Shown here in pieces: positions 59,937 to 64,000 of a stretch of 64,000 bases of DNA. The stretch's first letter is position 1. Each line of letters starts with the position of its first letter. The notes beneath the pieces are model-generated. The model searched no databases, was not told the origin of the DNA, and saw only the letters and a list, made by a program, of their open reading frames with translations. The position numbers were made by a program, and so were the translations under genes. The stretch is from Acholeplasma sp. CAG:878 (GTDB lineage Bacteria > Bacillota_I > Bacilli_A > RF39 > UBA660), in the NCBI GenBank assembly GCA_000432255.1, contig HF989928.1, positions 17,260 to 81,259 on the forward strand. Reading direction: 5' to 3'.

Positions 59937-62114
59937 CTATAATTTTTTTTGTTTACTTTTTTCAGTTACAAATTTTTGTAAAACTTCTGGTATCTTTCCA
60001 TTATATGTAATATCTAATTCATGTAATGCTCTTGTTACTGCAACATATAATAACTTCATATCTAATGTACTATCACAAGAATATATTTTGTCATTAACAT
60101 TATTTAATATTACAGCGTCAAATTCTAATCCTTTAGCTAATTGGTTAGAAATTGTACATACACTAAATTCATCAAGAGATACGTCATCTTTTTCTGTTAC
60201 ATTTGGAATAACAATTCCTAATTCTCTTAAATCATCATTAATATATCTTGATAATAAATCTGTTTTACTTATAACAGCAATTGTTTTGTAACCTTTTTCT
60301 TTATATTCTTTGATTTTATTTGCAATCTGTTCAACTAATTCATTTGAGGTTGGTGCTTCATCAAATGAAACTGGCAAACCTTGTCTTACTACTAAATCCG
60401 ATTTACCTAAATTTATACTTTCTGATATTGCATCAGCAACATTCATTATTGAAGCTGTCGTTCGATAACTTTTATTAAAGTTAACTATATTAGCTTTATT
60501 ATTAAATATCAAAGAATTTACTTCATCCCAATTGTCAATTCCTCTATAGTCATAAATCGATTGAGCTAAATCACCAAATATACTAAATGTTGATGTTGGT
60601 AAACATTTTTTTAATACATAAAAATTAAATATACCTAAGTCTTGTGCTTCATCAATCACTGTATGTTTTATATTACTATATTGTCTATTAGGTTCAGTTC
60701 TTAATTTTAAATATAATAATGCAGCTAAATCTTCAAAGTCATATTTATTTCCTTTAATATTAGCCATAGTCGTTTTTTTAAGTTCATTTATTTTTTTATA
60801 ACCATAAATATTAAAATCATCAAGCATTGATATAAATAAACGATATAGTTTTATTGGACTTAATACCGCCTTAGCAAAATATTTTCTAATAGTTGCGGAA
60901 CAATTTTTTTGAATTTCAATTCGTTCTTTTATAAATTTTTTTCTTAAACTTTCTCTTTCTTCCAAAGAAGCATTTTTAAATAAATTATTTTCATATTCAT
61001 TATATCTTGTCAATATAGAATCTACGTTATTTTTAACATAATCTATTAATCTTTCGATTGTAGCATCTACTCTTCCTTGCAATGTTGCGTGTTGTTCTTC
61101 TAAGGCTCGAGCAAAAATAGGTGCAATTTCTTCCTCGGTTAAAACAACGAAATCATTTAATTTTAATGGTTTTGAAACAATTCCTTTTAAGTATAATTCA
61201 AAAAAGTTTTCTAACATATTTTTATATAACATCGATGATTTAAATTTGTCAATATCATTTGATTTTCCAGCTATACTTGCACTTATTTTTTTATCTGAAG
61301 GATTTATTTCAAATTCCTCACCTATATAATCTTTAGCAAATTGTTCAAATGTTAATTGACTAACACCACTTACATCTAAATCTGGTAATACGGTTTTAAT
61401 GTACTTTATAAATACTGGATTAGGGCCTATAACTAGATATTGACTTTGTTTAACACTATTAATATAGTTATATACTAAATATGCTATTTTATGCAAAGCA
61501 ACTGTTGTTTTTCCACTTCCAGCTACTCCTTGAATAATTACATTTTCATCTATAGGTCTTCTAATAATATCATTTTGTTCACTTTGAATAGTTGCTACGA
61601 TACTTTTTAATCTTGAATCGTTATTAGCATTTAAATACTTTTGTAATAAATTATCACTTGAAACTAAATCAACATCAAAATACTCAATTAGTTTACCATT
61701 TTCAATATCATATTGTCTTTTTAAAGCTACTTCACCTAAAACATCTCCAGTCGGTGATTTATAACTTGTCTTCCCAGTAGAAGAATCATAATAAAGCGAA
61801 CTAATCGGTGCTCGCCAATCAGTAATTAAAACTTCTCCATCTTTACTAATTCCATTTCTACCAATATAAATTTCTTTGAAATCAGAATCAGTAATTGCTT
61901 TAAAATCTATTCTTGCAAAGTATGGATTCAAAGATGCTTTTTCTAATACTTTAATATGATTTTTTCTAAAATTAGCAACTCTTAATCTCTCATCAATCTC
62001 TCTAGAATAATCATTATAAACTCTTTCTAATTCTTTTTGTTCAATACCTAAAAGTTCTGAAATAATTTTTATAGTTTGTTCTAATTTTTGTTGTTCACGA
62101 ATAAATTCAGTCAT
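59937..62114 (-). CDS. helD: HelD-type UvrD-like helicase (RNA polymerase recycling factor family)
   Basis: PYFARIDF...ITDWRAPISSLYYD N-terminal signature. IIQGVAGSGKTTVALHKIAYLVY Walker A. VIDEAQD. Confidence 0.85.
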   Translation of the reverse strand: MTEFIREQQKLEQTIKIISELLGIEQKELERVYNDYSREIDERLRVANFRKNHIKVLEKASLNPYFARIDFKAITDSDFKEIYIGRNGISKDGEVLITDWRAPISSLYYDSSTGKTSYKSPTGDVLGEVALKRQYDIENGKLIEYFDVDLVSSDNLLQKYLNANNDSRLKSIVATIQSEQNDIIRRPIDENVIIQGVAGSGKTTVALHKIAYLVYNYINSVKQSQYLVIGPNPVFIKYIKTVLPDLDVSGVSQLTFEQFAKDYIGEEFEINPSDKKISASIAGKSNDIDKFKSSMLYKNMLENFFELYLKGIVSKPLKLNDFVVLTEEEIAPIFARALEEQHATLQGRVDATIERLIDYVKNNVDSILTRYNEYENNLFKNASLEERESLRKKFIKERIEIQKNCSATIRKYFAKAVLSPIKLYRLFISMLDDFNIYGYKKINELKKTTMANIKGNKYDFEDLAALLYLKLRTEPNRQYSNIKHTVIDEAQDLGIFNFYVLKKCLPTSTFSIFGDLAQSIYDYRGIDNWDEVNSLIFNNKANIVNFNKSYRTTASIMNVADAISESINLGKSDLVVRQGLPVSFDEAPTSNELVEQIANKIKEYKEKGYKTIAVISKTDLLSRYINDDLRELGIVIPNVTEKDDVSLDEFSVCTISNQLAKGLEFDAVILNNVNDKIYSCDSTLDMKLLYVAVTRALHELDITYNGKIPEVLQKFVTEKSKQKKL

Positions 62115-62213
62115 TTAATCACCTTCTTTATAATTTATTGTCTAGTATTATAGCACTAGTTTCCTTAATAATCAATATAAAAAGTCCATTAGGACTTCCT
62201 AAATTGAAATTTG

Positions 62214-62239
62214 AACCGCACCAAAAGGTGTGGTTTTTT
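62214..62239 (+). terminator. Orphan terminator-like hairpin in the helD/lipoprotein intergenic region
   Basis: AACCGCACC-aaaa-GGTGTGGTT followed by TTTT. There is no upstream plus-strand gene. Confidence 0.4.
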
Positions 62240-62277
62240 GTTATATAAAAATGTTATATAATTAATTAGGTGGTTTT

Positions 62278-63207
62278 ATGAGGAAGTATCTATTACTGTT
62301 ACTATTATTATTAACCGGATGTGGTAAAAATAGTAATATTGAAGGAGTTTATGATAGTAATTATTATAAAGTATATTCTCCTTACAAGGAAAGTGTTGGT
62401 GGATATACTAAAGATTCATACGATTTAAAAGATGTAGAAAAAACACTTATGCAATTATCAAGCAATTACTTTAAAACTAACAATACTTATTATCAAGAAG
62501 GTCAATATTTAACTAATGATGATTTAAAATATTTATTAAATGATTGTCTAAATCAAGAAGACGATTATATAAAAACTATTTATGAACAAAACTACCTAAA
62601 TAATGATGGAACACTAAAAGGAATTTCTCTAGCAATAGTTTTAGATGATGAGATTGAATACAAAGAAGATGGCAAAATAAAAACAAAAACTATTAGTGAT
62701 GAAGAATTAATAAAATATGCTAAAGAAGTCGCACCTGATATTATAAAATACACAAGAGAAAAAGTACCTAACGTTAGAATTCTATTAGGTATATATATAG
62801 ATTCAACTGATGGAAAATTTGTATCTTTTGCTGTAACTAGTGATGAAAAATTAAAATTTAAGGATGTTAATATAGAAAGTTATAGTTTAAGTGGTAATTA
62901 TGTTGCTAAAAATGATACAGACAATTATAATTATTATATTGAACTAAAAGAAGCATTAACTGATTTTGATGTTTACATCGATGGAAAAGCACTATATCAA
63001 GACAATAAAGTTAAAAGCATAACAATTAATATAAACACTAGTTATTTAACAAGAGGAAAACTTTTATATTTAACTAATTTAGTTAGTCAAAATTTAAAAT
63101 TTAATTATTCAACTAAAGTTTATATAAATTATAATAATAAACCAAAAGCACTATTAGTAAAAGAAGAAAATACATTAGAAGTAAAAATATATTTAATGGA
63201 GGAATAA
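62278..63207 (+). CDS. Lipoprotein, probable CamS/YerH family
   Basis: LLLLLLTGCGKN lipobox. Its position immediately upstream of gatCAB mirrors B. subtilis yerH. Confidence 0.5.
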   Translation: MRKYLLLLLLLLTGCGKNSNIEGVYDSNYYKVYSPYKESVGGYTKDSYDLKDVEKTLMQLSSNYFKTNNTYYQEGQYLTNDDLKYLLNDCLNQEDDYIKTIYEQNYLNNDGTLKGISLAIVLDDEIEYKEDGKIKTKTISDEELIKYAKEVAPDIIKYTREKVPNVRILLGIYIDSTDGKFVSFAVTSDEKLKFKDVNIESYSLSGNYVAKNDTDNYNYYIELKEALTDFDVYIDGKALYQDNKVKSITININTSYLTRGKLLYLTNLVSQNLKFNYSTKVYINYNNKPKALLVKEENTLEVKIYLMEE

Positions 63208-63208
63208 A

Positions 63209-63493
63209 ATGATAGAAGAAAATGAAGTAAAACACATTGCTGATTTGGCAAAATTAGAAATAAGCGAAAGTGAAATGAAAAAATATCAAAAACAATTAAC
63301 TGATATTTGGAATGATATCGAAAAAATAGTTAATGTTGAAATACCTGATGTCGATATTATGATTAGTCCATGTATTAATAAAAATGTTTACGAAGAAGAT
63401 AAAATAGGTTTTCATTTAAGTAGGGAAAATATTTTTAAAAATGCAAAAAAAGTAGTAGGAGACTACATCGCAGTTGTTAAGGTGGTAGAATGA
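63209..63493 (+). CDS. gatC: Asp/Glu-tRNA amidotransferase subunit C
   Basis: EVKHIADLAKLEISESEMKKYQKQL. 94 aa. ATGA overlap with gatA. Confidence 0.93.
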   Translation: MIEENEVKHIADLAKLEISESEMKKYQKQLTDIWNDIEKIVNVEIPDVDIMISPCINKNVYEEDKIGFHLSRENIFKNAKKVVGDYIAVVKVVE

Positions 63494-64000
63494 AATATTT
63501 AGATTTAGATATAAAAACAATTAATGAGAAATTAAAAAACAAAGAAATAAAGCCTATTGATTTAGTTAATGAAGCATTTGAAAGAATAGAAAATGATAAA
63601 TTAAACTGTTTTATAACATTAAATAAAGAAGAAGCAATCAAAAAAGCTATTGAATTAGAAAATATGGAAGTTGATAATTTGTTATTTGGATTACCAATTG
63701 CTATTAAAGATAACATTATAACTAAAGATTTAAGAACAACTTGTGCATCACATATATTAGATGATTTTATGCCGATATATGATGCAACAGTTATAAAAAA
63801 AATAAAAGAAAAACACATGATTATAATTGGAAAAACTAACATGGATGAATTTGCTATGGGCTCTACTGGAGAAACTAGTTACTTTGGTCCAATTTTAAAT
63901 CCGTGGGACCATTCATTAGTTCCAGGAGGTTCTTCTAGCGGTAGTGCTTCTTGTGTCGCAAGTCGTATTTGTCCTTTCGCACTAGGTAGCGATACTGGTG
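63490..64000 (+). CDS. gatA: Asp/Glu-tRNA amidotransferase subunit A (5' part, runs off the right edge)
   Basis: Own translation: MKYLDLDIKTINEKLKNKEIKPIDLV...GLPIAIKDNI...GKTNMDEFAMGSTGE...GGSSSGSAS amidase signature. Not in the ORF track because it is open-ended. Confidence 0.93.
   Translation, partial: MKYLDLDIKTINEKLKNKEIKPIDLVNEAFERIENDKLNCFITLNKEEAIKKAIELENMEVDNLLFGLPIAIKDNIITKDLRTTCASHILDDFMPIYDATVIKKIKEKHMIIIGKTNMDEFAMGSTGETSYFGPILNPWDHSLVPGGSSSGSASCVASRICPFALGSDTG

Overview
Very AT-rich chromosomal segment from a spore-forming Firmicute. This rests on spo0A, two alpha/beta SASPs, dacB-spmA-spmB and a cwlJ/sleB-type lysin. A Mollicutes-like N-domain-less ClpB behind a CIRCE operator hints at Erysipelotrichia-like ancestry. 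Standard code 11 applies: tRNA-Trp has anticodon CCA and TGA is used as a stop.

Most of the window is housekeeping: xfp, ldh, rplM-rpsI, prfA-prmC, pgk-tpiA, gap, alr, thiI, clpP, ezrA, rpsD, clpB, helD and gatCA.

Three things are invisible in the supplied ORF track:
- A >1485-codon RHS/YD-repeat toxin gene running off the left edge (1..4455, minus strand).
- The Met-less C-terminal two thirds of an Amidase_3 + 4xLysM gene (14012..14938, minus strand).
- The 5' part of gatA at the right edge.

The key feature is an ~18.0-kb element (about 14939..32942) that splits that amidase gene beside spo0A.
- It carries a large serine recombinase just inside one end.
- Its attL/attR share a 5-bp core. 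Joining the element ends gives a symmetric attP, and joining the flanks gives an in-frame attB.
- It carries no phage or conjugation genes.
- Its cargo is a co-oriented stack of conflict systems:
  - a 1580-aa SMEK-like/NACHT-type STAND NTPase;
  - a Type III R-M pair (mod/res);
  - a decayed ORF;
  - a wHTH protein;
  - an RnlA/RnlB-like toxin-antitoxin pair, translationally coupled to an upstream TPR + cold-shock-like protein;
  - a metallophosphoesterase with a zinc ribbon;
  - a duplicated promoter-operator module.

Other oddities:
- orphan prepilin genes, including a 721-aa pilin-adhesin fusion;
- a helD-kinase-methyltransferase operon;
- a lid-less TIM.
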